Positions 44,992-56,263 are shown, counted from the first letter of the stretch. The stretch: 64,000 bases of DNA from Bdellovibrionales bacterium (GCA_965217115.1 OZ244239.1:902392-966391), one strand, 5' to 3'. Translations and numbers: made by a program. Notes: generated from the letters alone by a model not told the origin.

Positions 44992-46679
44992 ACTCCCCTC
45001 TCGGCATAAACAAAGTTATCTTTTCCTTGATCTATTTCAAATACAACTTCCACCACAGTTCCTTTTCCTATTTCAGAAGTTATATTTAATTCAGCTCCAA
45101 ATGAAGTCAAAACACCTAAGACCACTGATACTCCCATACCCTTGTTTTCAACAGATTTTGACGAAAAAGGTTCCTTAATCTGTCGCAACTGCTCTTGAGA
45201 CATACCACAACCCGAATCTATTATTAGTAAATGAACTTTTTCACCTTTACTCTCAACCTTTACACTTAAGGTTGATGTGTCTGTTCTAGCCATTGCTTCC
45301 AGAGAGTTATTTATAATTTCCGTCAACACTAACTGCAATAATGACGGTTCTGCTTTCACACAGCCACTAAAAGTATCCTCCACTTCCAAAGTGATTTCTA
45401 AATCCTGTATCTTTAGCTCAAAAAACTTCAATACAGTGGGAATCAAAATCTTTAAATTAACTGAAACTGTTTCCATCCTCTCTAAACCAGCAAACAAGCT
45501 TAGGCGGTCTAATACTTCACGAATTTTCCTAGCACTCTCCTCTATTGCTCTCAAGTTTCCCTGAGTTTCATCCTCAACTCTCCTGGCTCCCATTAATTTT
45601 GCCTGACCTATAATAGATGTGGTCGGCGGAACCAAGTTTTGTACAATACCTCTAGACATTTTCAATAAAGCTCTCTTCCTTATCTCAAATTCATCCACGA
45701 TATTTGTCATTGAAGATTCTATTTTTTTCTTTTTTCTATCTAAGTTCCATTTCTCATTGTTGTTATTGTATTTCTCCATGGAGGAACTCTTCTCTTCTTG
45801 AAGAACTAATCGTTTTGTAGATTTTTGTAGGCATAAATAAAGTATTAATGAACACAAAAGAATCAATCCTAAAAAAATAAATATCAACTTTAAGAGCAAA
45901 GGGTTTATGGTTTTGTCTAAATCGTATTCCCAAAAAAAATACAAATTATTATAAGGAGGCTTTTTTATATATTTTCCTAAAGAACTTTTATCATCCTCTT
46001 TAAGTTCTAAAGGAAATAGGACGTTGAGTGGGATCTCAATGTTTTCCAATATGCTTTTAAGAGGTCGTCTCTTGCCTTTCTCTTGAAAAGAGTAAAACAC
46101 TTCCCCTTGATCATTTATCAAAGAAATATTTCTTTTTTCTAGGTTTCTATGAAAAGAAATATTTAAAAACCTATTTTTCAAAAAACCTACTGCAACCAAC
46201 GTCTGTGATTTCTTTAAGGGCTTTATGAATAATGTCTTCTCATCTATACGGATAAAAGTTTCTGTGTTATTTGAAATAGTTTTTACTGATATTTTTTTAA
46301 TTTTCTCTAAGATTTTTTTCTTTTCTTTTTCAAAACCATTATGCCAGCGCAGTGAAATTTGAGATTTTTTTATTTCAAATAACCATATTCCGATAAAAGC
46401 CTCTGGCATTTTTGATTCAAAAAGAGAGTTTTCTTGTGATTGTGTGTAGTCAAGAAGCTGTTTTCCTAATTTTTGTATTTTATCATCTACTTTTTGAGTT
46501 AAGATGCTCATATCTCTTTGTGCCAAAAACCGTATCGAATTTTGTTTTTCTTCAAACAGAGATCTCTGCGCTTGCCACAAAACTCCCCCTCCCACAAGAA
46601 GACCACTCAGCACGCCCACAAATAAAATCAAACTTTTTAACTGTAGCCTAAACACCAAAAACTCCTTAAAACAAGCCAT
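44988..46679 (-). CDS. Membrane sensor histidine-kinase-like protein (intact HATPase_c; DHp H-box lacks His)
   Basis: Two TM segments. N box 'EIINNSLEAM', G1 'IDSGCGM', G2 'GMGVSVV'. The H-box position reads 'VQNLVPPTTSIIG' versus the canonical 'HELRTPLTSIxG'. Confidence 0.75.
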   Translation of the reverse strand: MACFKEFLVFRLQLKSLILFVGVLSGLLVGGGVLWQAQRSLFEEKQNSIRFLAQRDMSILTQKVDDKIQKLGKQLLDYTQSQENSLFESKMPEAFIGIWLFEIKKSQISLRWHNGFEKEKKKILEKIKKISVKTISNNTETFIRIDEKTLFIKPLKKSQTLVAVGFLKNRFLNISFHRNLEKRNISLINDQGEVFYSFQEKGKRRPLKSILENIEIPLNVLFPLELKEDDKSSLGKYIKKPPYNNLYFFWEYDLDKTINPLLLKLIFIFLGLILLCSLILYLCLQKSTKRLVLQEEKSSSMEKYNNNNEKWNLDRKKKKIESSMTNIVDEFEIRKRALLKMSRGIVQNLVPPTTSIIGQAKLMGARRVEDETQGNLRAIEESARKIREVLDRLSLFAGLERMETVSVNLKILIPTVLKFFELKIQDLEITLEVEDTFSGCVKAEPSLLQLVLTEIINNSLEAMARTDTSTLSVKVESKGEKVHLLIIDSGCGMSQEQLRQIKEPFSSKSVENKGMGVSVVLGVLTSFGAELNITSEIGKGTVVEVVFEIDQGKDNFVYAERGV

Positions 46680-46917
46680 GCTATAAATAACACTCTATCA
46701 ACTATTTCGCCCATTTATTTATTCTGACTTTTTCATCAAAAATACAATGTAATGCACCTAAAAATTTAAACAGGATTAATATAAATATATTTTAATATGA
46801 GCCTCTCAAAGAGAGCAAGCGACAAAGACTTTGACTCTCTGTATACCGTAAATATTTAGTCTATTTTTGTCAGAAACCTTGAAAACCCATCTAAAAAGAG
46901 TGTATATAAATCTTTCT

Positions 46918-48525
46918 ATGAAAACCAATGAATGTGACTTTCTTATTATTGGATCGGGGCTAGCTGGCTTAACCGCAGCTATGCACCTTTCCAGATTAGG
47001 AGAGGTCCATATTCTATCTAAAGGGCAACCTGATGAGACCAACACCTCAATGGCCCAGGGGGGTATTTCCTCCGTTAGCTCATCTGAGGATTCCTTTCTA
47101 AATCATATAAAAGACACTCTCACAGCAGGAGCAGGGCTCTGCCATGCTAATGTCGTTCGCAGTGTCATCGAACAAGCCCCCGATTGCATAAGGCAACTAC
47201 AGGACTGGGGTGTACAGTTTGATCAAGACTCTCTCAAAAAAATGTCTCTCACCCGTGAGGGAGGCCATAATAAAAAAAGAATTCTCCATGTTAAAGATCA
47301 AACGGGGAAAGCTATTCACACCCAACTTTTACAAGTCACCCATGAATCCCCTCATATTAAATTTTTTTCCAATTACACAGGCATTGATCTTATTCTGGAC
47401 GAACAGATTAAACCCTCTAAAACTCATCCAGCTTCTTGCATCGGGTGCTATGCACTAGATACTTCTTCCCAAGAAGTCATCGCATGGAAGTCCAAGATTA
47501 CTATTTTAGCCACTGGTGGAGTTGGAAAAGCCTATCTTTACACTTCTAATTGGAGTGGCTCTACTGGAGATGGAATTGCGATGGGCTTTCGCGCCGGCAC
47601 TCGAATCGCTAATATGGAATTTATGCAGTTTCACCCCACCTGCCTCCATCACCCTGAAGCAAGAAACTTTCTTATTTCTGAAACCCTCCGCGGAGAAGGC
47701 GCGTGTCTTATCAATTCCCAGGGGCACAAGTTCATGGATGATCACCATGCCTTGGCTGAACTTGCGCCCCGTGACATTGTTGCTCGAGGCATTACTGCTG
47801 AAATAAGAAGAACAGGAGATAGCTGCGTATTTCTTGATATTACCCACAAACCTGCTGGTTTTTTGAAAACTCGCTTTCCTGTCATCTATAAACGCTGCCT
47901 TCAATATGGTATCGACTTAACCACTGATCCTATTCCCGTTATTCCAGCCGCACATTATCTCTGTGGTGGTCTTGTCAGCAATGAAGTAGGACAAACTGAT
48001 ATACAAGGCCTCTTTGCTCTTGGCGAAACGGCCTGCACGGGGCTTCATGGAGCGAATCGCTTGGCTTCTAATTCTCTATTAGAGTGCGTAGCCTATGCAC
48101 ATAATACCTACAAATTTCTTCAAAAAAATATAGCTTCCTTCCCTCTCTCAAAAACAGATATTAAGAATTGGACTTCTCTTGAAAGCACAAATGATGACGA
48201 GCTTCTTGTTATTTCACAGACTTTAGATGAGATTCGCCATCTCATGTGGAACTACGTCGGCATTATTCGCTCTAATAAAAAACTTTCCCACGCGCAATCA
48301 CGCCTCGATAATATTATAAAAGAAACTAAGACTTATTATGGTCACTTTCAACTCTCTCAAGACCTCATAGAATTAAAAAATATCGCTCTAGTGGCAAAAC
48401 TCACCGTTGAAAGCGCCCTACGACGTCAAGAGTCTATCGGTATTCACTACAATATTGATGCACCTAGAGCTACTGACTCAAAAAGTCATTTTAGTGATAC
48501 CATTATCCTTCCCGGGCAGTTTTAG
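46918..48525 (+). CDS. nadB: L-aspartate oxidase
   Basis: 'DFLIIGSGLAGL', 'AQGGI', 'HPT', 'HYLCGG' and 'GANRLASNSLLE'. ATG 46918 is preferred over the upstream TTG at 46867. Confidence 0.92.
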   Translation: MKTNECDFLIIGSGLAGLTAAMHLSRLGEVHILSKGQPDETNTSMAQGGISSVSSSEDSFLNHIKDTLTAGAGLCHANVVRSVIEQAPDCIRQLQDWGVQFDQDSLKKMSLTREGGHNKKRILHVKDQTGKAIHTQLLQVTHESPHIKFFSNYTGIDLILDEQIKPSKTHPASCIGCYALDTSSQEVIAWKSKITILATGGVGKAYLYTSNWSGSTGDGIAMGFRAGTRIANMEFMQFHPTCLHHPEARNFLISETLRGEGACLINSQGHKFMDDHHALAELAPRDIVARGITAEIRRTGDSCVFLDITHKPAGFLKTRFPVIYKRCLQYGIDLTTDPIPVIPAAHYLCGGLVSNEVGQTDIQGLFALGETACTGLHGANRLASNSLLECVAYAHNTYKFLQKNIASFPLSKTDIKNWTSLESTNDDELLVISQTLDEIRHLMWNYVGIIRSNKKLSHAQSRLDNIIKETKTYYGHFQLSQDLIELKNIALVAKLTVESALRRQESIGIHYNIDAPRATDSKSHFSDTIILPGQF

Positions 48526-48567
48526 ATTTCGTTTTTTCAGAACTAATAATGGTCTAAATGGAGCTTC

Positions 48568-49359
48568 TCATCTAACTGGGGATGGTGAAAATAGATGAAA
48601 CTTTCCACCACTATCATTCAAACAATAAATTTGTGACTCTTTTCCCCAAAATCCTAAATTAACCGAATGAACTCTACGACCTGCAAACTCAAAATTATAC
48701 TCATCCCGCACATGCACGTGCCCTGTGAAAATATAATCAAACTCTTTATTTGATCCTTTTATTTCTTCACATAGATTATGAGCGTAACTACGAATTAACT
48801 TCAAAGCCTGGGCTTCATTGAAATTATGCTTTTTTTCTTGTCTCAAACGACTAGCTTTACTCAATCTCTCTCCGATCGATGAAACCACTGAACCTGGCAG
48901 AGAAAATAAAATTATTTTTATAAAAGAACTCCGTATAAATCGACGCCAACGTAGGTAACTAGTATCATTTGAATTTATTAAATCTCCGTGCTCTGCCCGG
49001 ACTCTAAAAGAGCCCAGACGAAAGTGAGCTTCATTCGAATGAACAGTCACCCCTAACTCTTCTTGCCAATAAGACCGCAAATGAAAATCGTGATTGCCCT
49101 CGAAGAAATGAATCTCAATTTCTTTCTTTTTTACTTCCTTTATCAAAGAAATCAACTCAGCATATTTTTTTATGAAATAAGAGTGATCGGCAATCCAAAG
49201 ATCAAAAATATCTCCCAATAAAAATACATGGGTTGCCTTTAATTCTCCAGATACGATAGAACGAAAAAAATGCAGCAGAGTTTTTCCATTACGCTCATTA
49301 AGGTCATTTAAGTGAATATCTGATAAAAACCAAGCTTGCAAAAAACTAAAGTTCTCCAT
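48568..49359 (-). CDS. lpxH: LpxH-like UDP-2,3-diacylglucosamine pyrophosphatase (metallophosphoesterase)
   Basis: 'FLSDIHL', 'LLGDIFDLW', 'EGNHDF', 'EHGD' and 'TGHVH' are colinear with LpxH. Overlaps the ftsZ 3' end by 14 nt. Confidence 0.7.
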   Translation of the reverse strand: MENFSFLQAWFLSDIHLNDLNERNGKTLLHFFRSIVSGELKATHVFLLGDIFDLWIADHSYFIKKYAELISLIKEVKKKEIEIHFFEGNHDFHLRSYWQEELGVTVHSNEAHFRLGSFRVRAEHGDLINSNDTSYLRWRRFIRSSFIKIILFSLPGSVVSSIGERLSKASRLRQEKKHNFNEAQALKLIRSYAHNLCEEIKGSNKEFDYIFTGHVHVRDEYNFEFAGRRVHSVNLGFWGKESQIYCLNDSGGKFHLFSPSPVR

Positions 49360-50650
49360 CTACCTCATTCGGTTTACGTCGAAGATAAGAAGGTACATCT
49401 AAATCATCGCTATCTGTAAAAGAAAACTCTATATTTTCTACTAATTCCTCTTTAGTTCCGCGAAAAGTCTTCGCTTTTTCTAAAAGAATATCTCTGGGCA
49501 GAGCATCTTTCTTTTCCTGATAGATTTCAGGAGTTTTATTTTCAATCTGATGATATTGACCGTCTTTAGAAGACAATCCCTTACTCAGTATCTGAAATCC
49601 ATCTCCCTCGCCCATCTGTTCAAGAACCTGAGTTTGACTATCCGTGAGGGTTTTCTGCATTTCTTTCATTTGATCAGATGCCTCTTTATGACTCTCATCA
49701 CCAAACCCTGTGGCAATAACCGTCACGCTCACTGCATCTCCAATATTCTCATCAATCACTGCACCGAAAATAATTTCAGCATCCTCATGGGCTGCCTCCG
49801 TAATTAACGTCGAAGCTTCGTTGACTTCAAAAAGACTTAGCTCAGATCCACCTGTAACATTTATAATAATGCCCGTTGCCCCTTCGATGGCAACATTCTC
49901 AAGTAGTGGGGAAGATATCGCCATTGTCGCCGCTTCCACTGCACGATTATCACCTTCGGCTACTCCTGTACCCATAATGGCCACGCCCTTTGTTTCCATC
50001 ACAGTGCGAATGTCGGCAAAATCCAAATTAATCAAGCCACGAATATTAATAAGATCCGAAATTCCCTTAACCGCTTGATGAAGAACCTCATCCGCTTTCT
50101 TAAAAGTCTCAAGCAAAGGAGTTCTCTCTCCAGAAATAGACAAAAGCTTTTGATTAGGAATCACAATCAAAGTGTCCACATTTTCTTTTAATTCTTTAAG
50201 ACCCATTTGAGCATGCTTTTGCCTTTTCTTTCCTTCAAAAATAAATGGGCGAGTGACGACACCGATTGTCAACGCTCCCATTTCTTTAGCTATTTTCGCC
50301 ACAATCGGAGCGCCACCAGTTCCTGTTCCACCGCCCATTCCTGCAGTGACAAAAACCATATCAGCCCCTTCAAGCTGCTGAGCAATCTCATTGTAGGACT
50401 CGATCGCTGCTTTTTTTCCAATTTCAGGGTTAGCTCCAGCGCCCAAGCCCTTCGTTAACTCACTTCCCAATTGAACTTTTCCCTCTGAACTACTGGCATC
50501 CAAAGCCTGAATATCTGTATTAGCCACAACAAATCCAACACCTGTCATTCCCATTTTAATCATCGTGTTCACAGCGTTGCTTCCGCCGCCACCAACACCA
50601 ACAACTTTAATATTCGCACCTATACTGGTATTTTCTTCCAATTCAAACAT
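49346..50650 (-). CDS. ftsZ: Cell division GTPase FtsZ
   Basis: '[11 protein letters not shown]' and '[10 protein letters not shown]'. ATG 50650 lies 6 nt after SD 'aggaggg'; the ORF-track start at 50656 is a GTG inside the spacer. Confidence 0.97.
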   Translation of the reverse strand: MFELEENTSIGANIKVVGVGGGGSNAVNTMIKMGMTGVGFVVANTDIQALDASSSEGKVQLGSELTKGLGAGANPEIGKKAAIESYNEIAQQLEGADMVFVTAGMGGGTGTGGAPIVAKIAKEMGALTIGVVTRPFIFEGKKRQKHAQMGLKELKENVDTLIVIPNQKLLSISGERTPLLETFKKADEVLHQAVKGISDLINIRGLINLDFADIRTVMETKGVAIMGTGVAEGDNRAVEAATMAISSPLLENVAIEGATGIIINVTGGSELSLFEVNEASTLITEAAHEDAEIIFGAVIDENIGDAVSVTVIATGFGDESHKEASDQMKEMQKTLTDSQTQVLEQMGEGDGFQILSKGLSSKDGQYHQIENKTPEIYQEKKDALPRDILLEKAKTFRGTKEELVENIEFSFTDSDDLDVPSYLRRKPNEVDGEL

Positions 50651-50668
50651 TATCACCCTCCTGGGTTA

Positions 50669-51901
50669 TTACTCCATCACATTCAAAAAATTAAACAGCT
50701 TACGTTTTAATCCTAAAACTCCATCTCCCAATTTTGATTCCCGCTCCTCTTTTACGCCATTCTGCCTTTGCCCATAAAACAACAAACCAATAGCCGTCGC
50801 ATAATCAGAGGACTTCACGACATCGGTCAACCCTCCAACCTTGATCGGTTGGGCTAAACGAAAAGGGATGTCAAACATAAACTCTCCCATCTCCTCCAAA
50901 CCTGAAAGCTCACTAGCTCCGCCCGTCAAAACAATACCCGATCCTAAATCCTTAAAAAAACCACTGCTAACAATATCTTTCTTTATCAATTCTAGTGTCT
51001 CTTCAGCTCGTGGTTCTAAAATACTACAAAGGTTTTTTCGTAGAATACTTCGAGATTGGCGACCGCCAACTCCTTCAACATCAATCATCTCTTCATCATT
51101 CAACATTTCTGTCAAAGCACAGCCATATTTCTTTTTTAATTTTTCAGCATTTTGTTGAGGAGTTCTCAAGCCCACTGCTAAATCATGAGTAAAATGTTCT
51201 CCACCCACTGGTAACACAGAAGTATAAGCCACACTGCCATTAGCATAGACAATGGTACCACAACTCCCACCACCCATATTCACTAATGCCACGCCTAGAT
51301 TTTTTTCATCTTCACTCACTGTTGCCAATGACGATGCCAGTTGATCTAAGACTAAGCCTGCTATTTTTAAATTTGCTTTTTCAGTGCACTTAATAGCATT
51401 TTGACTAGCTGTTCTTCCGCTGGTCACAATATGGACAGACGCTTCAAGACGAATGCCCGACATCCCGATAGGGTCCCAAATCCCCCCTTGTTCATCAACT
51501 TTGTACTCTCTGGGTAAAACATGTAAAACATCGCGATCTGTTGGCACTGCCACTGCTTTTGCCGCCTCCAACACACGGTCAATATCCTGCTCACTCACTT
51601 CCTGATTTTTTATGGCAATCATTCCTTTAGAATCAAAGGATTTTACATGTGTTCCTGATATGCTCAACCATACCTCGCCCACATCATAGCCAGACATTAA
51701 TTCAGCTTCTTCTTTCGCCCTAGTGATTGCCTCTGTTGTTGCATCAATATTAACAACTACGCCTTGACGCATTCCCGTGTTGGAAGCTGTTCCAACTCCC
51801 ACGACATCTAAACCATTTTCTCCAATGACACCAACAACAAGAACCACCTTTGTGGTTCCAATATCAAGACCTGCAATAATCGGCTGAATCCGTTTAGCCA
51901 T
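50669..51901 (-). CDS. ftsA: Cell division protein FtsA
   Basis: Actin-like ATPase with 'GLDIGTTKV', 'NMGGGS' and 'GIVLTGGAS'. Confidence 0.95.
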   Translation of the reverse strand: MAKRIQPIIAGLDIGTTKVVLVVGVIGENGLDVVGVGTASNTGMRQGVVVNIDATTEAITRAKEEAELMSGYDVGEVWLSISGTHVKSFDSKGMIAIKNQEVSEQDIDRVLEAAKAVAVPTDRDVLHVLPREYKVDEQGGIWDPIGMSGIRLEASVHIVTSGRTASQNAIKCTEKANLKIAGLVLDQLASSLATVSEDEKNLGVALVNMGGGSCGTIVYANGSVAYTSVLPVGGEHFTHDLAVGLRTPQQNAEKLKKKYGCALTEMLNDEEMIDVEGVGGRQSRSILRKNLCSILEPRAEETLELIKKDIVSSGFFKDLGSGIVLTGGASELSGLEEMGEFMFDIPFRLAQPIKVGGLTDVVKSSDYATAIGLLFYGQRQNGVKEERESKLGDGVLGLKRKLFNFLNVME

Positions 51902-51990
51902 TTTTCCTCTCTAGACCGAGAATTCTTCTCTGGTCTGCTGTACACTCTTTTGATGCATTAACGCCTAAAACTCACAAGACTAGGTAAAGA

Positions 51991-52746
51991 TTAAGGTTTT
52001 TTACGCAGCTTGACAAGAACTTTTTTTGAAAACCTAGCATCAATAACTCGACCTCTAACCTGATGAGATTCCATGTATTCAAGAACTCGGTTGACTCTTT
52101 TTATTTTTCCCGCAACTGGACCTTGGCCCATGATTACTTTTGTTCCACTCCCTATAAGTGATAACCAGAACCCTTCTTTATCATTGTACTCAATATCAGA
52201 AACCTTCTCTTTTGTTAACAAACCCTCCTTTGGCAAAGCTTTCAAGAACTCAATAGCCTTCTGACGAAGGGCTTGTTGTTTTTCTAAAGATTCTCCACGC
52301 AACACAACCAAGTCAAGCGAACCCGCTTCTTTTGTCGTCTCTAAAAGCCCCCCCCCTTCCATCACAGGATTTAAGCTTCCATTTTTGTTGAAAAGAACCG
52401 TCGCCACTCCTTTTGCCGTAATAGAAATCTCCAAAGTATCTGGCCAATGCCTTGATAGAACCACCGAATTCACCCAATGCTCTGCTAACACCTCGTCACG
52501 GATAGTTTTTAATTTTAATTTTAATAGCGATTGCCCCTCTAATTTTTCTAACTTTAATTGAAGCTGTGACATTTTTTTCTGCACCAATACATCTACCTGC
52601 GAACGGTTCGCTTGGTGGATGAAAATTTCTTTTAAGTTAAAGAGACTTTGTCCATCCAACCAATAAAGAATTCCCGCCAAACTCGACCCAACAAGTACAG
52701 CTAAAAAAGAAAATAAAAATAATCGTTTAAATAGAATCTTTCCCAT
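51991..52746 (-). CDS. ftsQ: Cell division protein FtsQ (POTRA domain)
   Basis: N-terminal TM helix plus a POTRA-like region. Located between murB and ftsA. Confidence 0.8.
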   Translation of the reverse strand: MGKILFKRLFLFSFLAVLVGSSLAGILYWLDGQSLFNLKEIFIHQANRSQVDVLVQKKMSQLQLKLEKLEGQSLLKLKLKTIRDEVLAEHWVNSVVLSRHWPDTLEISITAKGVATVLFNKNGSLNPVMEGGGLLETTKEAGSLDLVVLRGESLEKQQALRQKAIEFLKALPKEGLLTKEKVSDIEYNDKEGFWLSLIGSGTKVIMGQGPVAGKIKRVNRVLEYMESHQVRGRVIDARFSKKVLVKLRKKP

Positions 52747-52889
52747 AACCTAAGAATATTCTAAGGCAATCATGAAGAAAATACTCTCAACAATTAAATT
52801 TCATATCAAAATATTCGACTATAGACCTGAAAAAAGGCTCTTCACCTTTCTCTCGTTAAACTTAGCTAAGTTATAAAATAAAAAGTCCT

Positions 52890-53798
52890 TTAAAAGCCCA
52901 TTAAGACAACTTCGCTCTCAAGAGTGATCCCTTTTTTCTCTTTAATCGTTTTGCAAACGTAATCAATCAGATCAGCAATATTCTGAGCAGAAGCCTCTCC
53001 TGTGTTAATAATAAAATTGGCATGCTTTTTTGAAACCTTCGCTCCACCTATTGAATATCCTTTCAAACCACAGTCCTCAATCAATGCCCCTGAAGAAAAA
53101 CCTTCTGGATTTCTAAATACAGAACCACAACTCGGTTTGTCTAAAGGCTGTTTAGACATTCTTTTCTTATTGGCTTCAAATACTAATTTCTTAATTTCAT
53201 CCCTCGGCTTATTAGGCCACTTCAATCCAACACGCACAATGATCCCTGGTTGCCATCCACTGCAATCACGATACTGCCATCGTAAATCAGATTTCCGGTA
53301 ACGCTTAATATGTGATTTTTCATTTTTACTCCACTTTAAAACATCCACCCATTCAATGATTTCTACAAATTCACGGGGAACCAATTCCTCTCTGACACCT
53401 GCATTCATCACTACACCACCACCAGTATTTCCAGGTAATCCAGTCAAAAACAATGCAGGAGACAAGCTTTTCTTTAGATAATAGCGCATTACCTCAAATT
53501 TAGGCGTTCCCGACATAACAGAAAGGACATAGTCATCACCTACAATATTCTCATCTATTCCAATGAGATTCTTTGTTGAAACAACTAAACCTTTAATCCC
53601 TGCATCGCTAATCAGAACATTCGTACCACCACCTAATATTGTAATTAATTGTTTATTTTCTAAGGCCCAATCAACCACTTCTTTGAATTGCGCAATACTT
53701 TGTGGCTGACAAAAAAACTCACTCATTCCTCCCACCTTCCAAGAAGTGTAGGGAGCTAAACAAATATTTTCTTGTATACAACTCAGTTTCAAACTCAT
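52890..53798 (-). CDS. murB: UDP-N-acetylenolpyruvoylglucosamine reductase
   Basis: 'GGGTNVL', 'AGVRE' and 'GSVFRNP'. The start at 53798 forms an ATGA overlap with the murC stop. Confidence 0.92.
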   Translation of the reverse strand: MSLKLSCIQENICLAPYTSWKVGGMSEFFCQPQSIAQFKEVVDWALENKQLITILGGGTNVLISDAGIKGLVVSTKNLIGIDENIVGDDYVLSVMSGTPKFEVMRYYLKKSLSPALFLTGLPGNTGGGVVMNAGVREELVPREFVEIIEWVDVLKWSKNEKSHIKRYRKSDLRWQYRDCSGWQPGIIVRVGLKWPNKPRDEIKKLVFEANKKRMSKQPLDKPSCGSVFRNPEGFSSGALIEDCGLKGYSIGGAKVSKKHANFIINTGEASAQNIADLIDYVCKTIKEKKGITLESEVVLMGF

Positions 53799-55162
53799 GA
53801 TTTTTTTAAACAGCTTTTTAATTCTGCTCCAAATTTCCAACCATCACCTGCCCCAAGAGTTAAATAGACATCGCCCTCTTTAATTATCTTCTGACTTTCT
53901 ATCAAGACATGATCCCTTGGAATATAACACACATCTGGGTGAGATATTGCCTCAGAAAGCATCTTTCCCGTCACTCCATCTATGGGAGTTTCAGCACCAG
54001 GATAAATATCTGTTACTATGACTTGATCAGCCAACTCAAAACACTGAGTGAATTCATGCCACATATTCTGTGTCCTCGTATAACGATGGGGCTGAAACAT
54101 CACAACTAGCCTCTTACTATTGCTAAATTTTTCCTTAAACCCCTGCAATGTCGCGCGAATTTCCGTTGGATGATGAGCGTAATCATCATAAAAAAGTACG
54201 CCCTTCTCTTCACCTCTAAATTCAAATCGTCTTCCTACCCCTGTAAATTTTCCCACTCCTTCAATACAAGTTTCAAAACTAATTCCAGAAGATAAACCAC
54301 AGACAATTGCAGCTAAAGCATTCAGAGCATTATGACGGCCAGGAAGAGAAACTAAAAAAAATCCTAAACTCTTCTTTAACCCTCCACTATGAGAACGGTA
54401 AACTTCATATTTTCCTTTTTCACCCTTAATATAAAAATCATTCTCTTTTTCAAAACCGTAAAACAACATCTTCTTAGGAAACTCTTTAAATAACTCCCGC
54501 ACTCGATGATCATCACCACAAACAATCGCTAACCCATAAAAAGGAACTTTCAAGGTGAATTCATAAAATGCTTTCTGTAAATTTTGAAAAGATTTGTAAT
54601 GATCCAAATGGTCTACGTCAATATTAGTCACCACAGCAATCTCTGGAGTTAATTTAGAAAAGCTTCCATCGCTCTCATCAGCCTCAGCAATAATCCATTC
54701 ACCTTGACCCAACATTGCCGTGGACTTAATTAAATCTAAGCGTCCGCCAACCACAATTGTCGGGTCCGTCTCAGCTTGTAAAAAAATCGACGCCATAATA
54801 CTCGTTGTTGTCGTCTTACCGTGGGTTCCTGCAATAGCAATTCCCCGTTTAGAACGCATGATTTCCGCCAAAGCCTCCGCCCGTGGAATTACAGATATCC
54901 CCTGTTTTTGCGCTTCAACTATCTCTGCATTACTCTCTTTAACGGCACTCGAATAAACGACAACATCAATATTTTTAATAAATTTTTTTTCATGCCCTTG
55001 AAAAATTCTAACTCCTATCTCCTGTAAATACTTTGTCTGTGTATTGACAGATAAGTCACTCCCCTGAACAAAAGCACCCATATTATGTAGAAGTTCCGCC
55101 AAACCACACATTCCTATGCCACCAATACCTACAAAATGAAAACGAGCTTTTGTTAATTTCAC
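53795..55162 (-). CDS. murC: UDP-N-acetylmuramate--L-alanine ligase
   Basis: 'HFVGIGGIGM', 'GTHGKTTTT' and 'DDYAHHP'. Confidence 0.95.
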   Translation of the reverse strand: MKLTKARFHFVGIGGIGMCGLAELLHNMGAFVQGSDLSVNTQTKYLQEIGVRIFQGHEKKFIKNIDVVVYSSAVKESNAEIVEAQKQGISVIPRAEALAEIMRSKRGIAIAGTHGKTTTTSIMASIFLQAETDPTIVVGGRLDLIKSTAMLGQGEWIIAEADESDGSFSKLTPEIAVVTNIDVDHLDHYKSFQNLQKAFYEFTLKVPFYGLAIVCGDDHRVRELFKEFPKKMLFYGFEKENDFYIKGEKGKYEVYRSHSGGLKKSLGFFLVSLPGRHNALNALAAIVCGLSSGISFETCIEGVGKFTGVGRRFEFRGEEKGVLFYDDYAHHPTEIRATLQGFKEKFSNSKRLVVMFQPHRYTRTQNMWHEFTQCFELADQVIVTDIYPGAETPIDGVTGKMLSEAISHPDVCYIPRDHVLIESQKIIKEGDVYLTLGAGDGWKFGAELKSCLKKS

Positions 55163-55174
55163 CTAAATACCAAC

Positions 55175-56263
55175 CTATTGATTCAATAACTTATCAGCTA
55201 TCTTTAATGCCGCCTCAGGAATATACATCTCTCGAGCACTTTCTCCCATCTTTTTCAATAAAGAAGGATTTTGTACAAAAAATTCTATTTTTTCAACTAA
55301 TATTTTCCCCGTTAAGTCTTTCTGCAGGATCATCTCTGCCGCTTGCTGATTCACCAACTCCTGAGCATTTTTTCTTTGATGATCGTCCGCTGCTGTTGGC
55401 AAAGGAATAATCACCGCTGGTCTACCTGCCGCCATCAATTCAGCCATCGTCGACGCTCCCCCTCGACAAATTACCAAATCAGCCCACTCTAAACACTCTG
55501 ACATATCATGAAGATAGCTTCTCACATTCACAAATGAAAATTTCTCTGCGTATACCGCCTTCATCTTAACAAAATTTCTTTGCCCTGTTTGATGAATTAA
55601 ACTCACTTCTATGTTCTTTAAAGCCAATTCACTACAAACCTCATAAACTACTTCATTAATAATAGTTGCCCCTTGGCTTCCTCCAAAAACCAATATTTTT
55701 AACGCTTTATTTTCTTCCATTACCTTATCTTTCATTTTAGAAACCAATTCAATTTCTCTTCTAACAGGTAATCCAACTCTCTCCACTCTCCGTGTTTTCA
55801 AATACTCAGCTGCTTTGTCGAAAACAACAAATGAACGCCGAACAAAGAAAGAAAGAATACGATTTGTCAGTCCTGGAAATGCATTTGGCTCCCACAAAAA
55901 AGTTCGCCTACCCAATAAAGAAGCCATCAAAACAAAAGGGCCAGAGGCATACCCTCCCACACCTAAAACAGCCACAGGTTTTAAAATACAAATTAAATAA
56001 ATACTCTTACAAAACGCTACAGGTAAGAAAAATAACGTTTTTGTTTTAGACCATAAACCACCACTATGGTTCAGCTTCCCTACTTTCAACAAATGAAGAT
56101 CAAAACCTTCTTGAGGAAGAATTCTCTCCTCCAAACCACCATAAGCTCCAACAAAATGAATTTTTATCTCTTTATTTGAACGATCTTCCAAGGAACGAGC
56201 TATGGCAACGCCTGGGTAGATGTGACCTCCAGTCCCGCCCCCTGCAATAACTATGTTTTTCAA
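55175..56263 (-). CDS. murG: Lipid II-forming UDP-GlcNAc transferase
   Basis: 'AGGTGGHIYP', 'GGSQGA' and 'RGGASTMAEL...HQ..NA'. Confidence 0.95.
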   Translation of the reverse strand: MKNIVIAGGGTGGHIYPGVAIARSLEDRSNKEIKIHFVGAYGGLEERILPQEGFDLHLLKVGKLNHSGGLWSKTKTLFFLPVAFCKSIYLICILKPVAVLGVGGYASGPFVLMASLLGRRTFLWEPNAFPGLTNRILSFFVRRSFVVFDKAAEYLKTRRVERVGLPVRREIELVSKMKDKVMEENKALKILVFGGSQGATIINEVVYEVCSELALKNIEVSLIHQTGQRNFVKMKAVYAEKFSFVNVRSYLHDMSECLEWADLVICRGGASTMAELMAAGRPAVIIPLPTAADDHQRKNAQELVNQQAAEMILQKDLTGKILVEKIEFFVQNPSLLKKMGESAREMYIPEAALKIADKLLNQ

